Shown one piece after another: positions 62,826-64,000 of a DNA stretch of 64,000 nt. Origin of the DNA: a virus. The position numbers and the translations under genes are program-made. Position 1 is the stretch's first letter. The number at the start of each line of letters is the position of its first letter. A model generated the notes under the pieces. The model was not told the origin of the DNA. It made no database searches and worked only from the letters and a program-made list of their open reading frames with translations. Location of the stretch: positions 1 to 64,000 of IMG/VR virus record IMGVR_UViG_3300028585_000021; one strand, written 5' to 3'.

Positions 62826-63410
62826 TTACACCAGCTTCCAGTCGCTTGCGAGAATATCGGTAGAAGCAGGCGACCAGTCAGAGACAGTCAGCTGTTCTGC
62901 GTCAACGAGCAGAAGCTGAGGCATCTGCGTGACAGTAGCCTCCGGATTGCAGTCAAAGTAACGTGCCGGTACGCCGTACATGTCTGTTCCCATCAGCGCG
63001 GCGCGCATCATGCCTCTGTTGAGTCGGAGATAAACTCCCTTCCCCCATGTTTCCCGTGCCACCTTACAGCCTTCAGATAGCCATAGTTGTGCCACGGCTA
63101 GCGGTGCATGCTCCTGCCTGAAATTCAGTTCGCCCTTCTCAATCATCACTTCATTTTGCAGGATCAGACCGTTCAACTTAATCAGCGCGACACAGGCGGC
63201 GTGGTTCAGGGTTTCGCCATAACCGGTCATTGTCAGGCCGTTTTTACTGATAACGGCGGCATATCCGGTGTTTTTGGTCTCGGACGTCTCTGTAATGGTG
63301 TATCCAAGACGGGCAATAACCGCCAGAAGTGCCATATAGTCGCCTGCGTAGTCAGCTTCTGCGTCTGCGAACATAGCGATCGTGGCATTTAATTGTTGAG
63401 CGGTCATCAT
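62826..63410 (-). CDS. DUF2829 (Tad2-like) domain protein with an extra N-terminal domain
   Basis: The C-terminal half, LWLSEGCKVARETWGKGVYLRL......WSPASTDILASDWKLV, matches the DUF2829 pattern (G.KV.R..W......W.pSq.DlLA.DW.iV). Confidence 0.6.
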   Translation of the reverse strand: MMTAQQLNATIAMFADAEADYAGDYMALLAVIARLGYTITETSETKNTGYAAVISKNGLTMTGYGETLNHAACVALIKLNGLILQNEVMIEKGELNFRQEHAPLAVAQLWLSEGCKVARETWGKGVYLRLNRGMMRAALMGTDMYGVPARYFDCNPEATVTQMPQLLLVDAEQLTVSDWSPASTDILASDWKLV

Positions 63411-63412
63411 TA

Positions 63413-63661
63413 TCAGTAGCCTCGTTTCTGCTTGCGCTTCTGCGCTGTATGTCTACGTCTCTTCTCTGCGGCCCAGTGCTGCTGTGCTTCTGCAATGCTT
63501 GTGGCCAAACGACGTATTCCCTGTTCGATCTCTTCCTGAGCCGGTGGCCGGGTATCGCCCACCAGCAATGTTCTTACCTGCGGCACGGGAACGGTTGGCG
63601 GACGGCGGGCTACCCAGCTGAGACTTCCCATCAATGCGCCCATCAGTGCGATCTTTTTCAT
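63413..63661 (-). CDS. Small protein with an N-terminal signal/TM segment and a basic C-terminus
   Basis: Start set at MKKIALMGALMGSLSW (AGGAAG Shine-Dalgarno). The track ORF extends 20 codons further upstream without a Shine-Dalgarno. Confidence 0.4.
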   Translation of the reverse strand: MKKIALMGALMGSLSWVARRPPTVPVPQVRTLLVGDTRPPAQEEIEQGIRRLATSIAEAQQHWAAEKRRRHTAQKRKQKRGY

Positions 63662-64000
63662 GCGTTTTCTCTTCCTGCAGGCGTGCAGAATCCCCGGCAG
63701 GTGCCGGTGATTAAAGTTCACCTGGTTAAGTCCGGCGTGGGATACGCACGGCGATAATTTGAAGCCTGCGCCGGCGCGTGGCCAGTTGGCTGTAATGACA
63801 TTGTGCTGCCCGGATTCGAACCGGCTACCGTCCGTCTGTCCCCATCAGGCCTTACGGCTATTCAATGGAACGGCGGCTGCTCCCCTTAAGCGACAACACA
63901 ACGGTAAATGCACGTTGCAGGCGCTCTTACCTGTTGTGCTGTATCAGCTTGCCACCAGCTGCGCGATAAGCCATTTATGACCGGCAAACAGTCCGGCATT

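Noticed and set aside
63795-63893. Possible tRNA gene on the minus strand (GGTTCGAATCC T-loop)
   Set aside because: I could not fold an anticodon arm in any register. The T-stem has a G-G mismatch, the length would be 99 nt, and no CCA is encoded. It is reported only as a low-confidence tRNA-like fragment, not as a tRNA feature.

Overview
The window looks like a P1-family phage-plasmid (temperate myovirus kept as a plasmid, probably from an Enterobacterales host). All calls come from reading the supplied translations and the DNA by eye. No searches were run. About 55 percent of the window is late morphogenesis genes on the minus strand. These include a P1 gpS-like tail fiber with its assembly protein, a gp25/J-type baseplate, a 1223-aa tape measure, tube, sheath, a 581-aa capsid protein and a gpV spike operon. 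PacA/PacB-like terminase genes are present, with a phased TGATCA array inside pacA. The plasmid and lysogeny backbone is also P1-like. It has a RepA gene flanked by 5 upstream and about 10 downstream 19-bp iterons, two DnaA boxes and 5 GATC sites. It also has a Cre homolog with a 13-8-13 lox-like site, a Ref-like HNH nuclease, RdgC, a C5+Dam fused methyltransferase and a candidate C1-like repressor with recurrent ATTCTAAA operator-like sites. Partition is by ParM/ParR rather than ParAB. Accessory content includes two Pol V-type operons (one LexA-boxed umuDC, one natural UmuD-prime-like gene plus umuC), dUTPase and an acyltransferase moron flanked by roughly 50-bp direct repeats. It also includes a HicAB-like pair and a DUF2829 (Tad2-like) protein. 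The best candidates for something undescribed are as follows. (1) An AT-rich single-gene HEPN (Rx4H) insert next to ref. (2) An AT-rich two-gene cassette with a GNAT-like protein. (3) A divergent small peptide plus sRNA pair with 23-nt complementarity, resembling a type I toxin-antitoxin. (4) A conserved GAAAT-N3-CCACTGG element in front of six early or maintenance operons. No rRNA, CRISPR array, IS element or convincing tRNA was seen.
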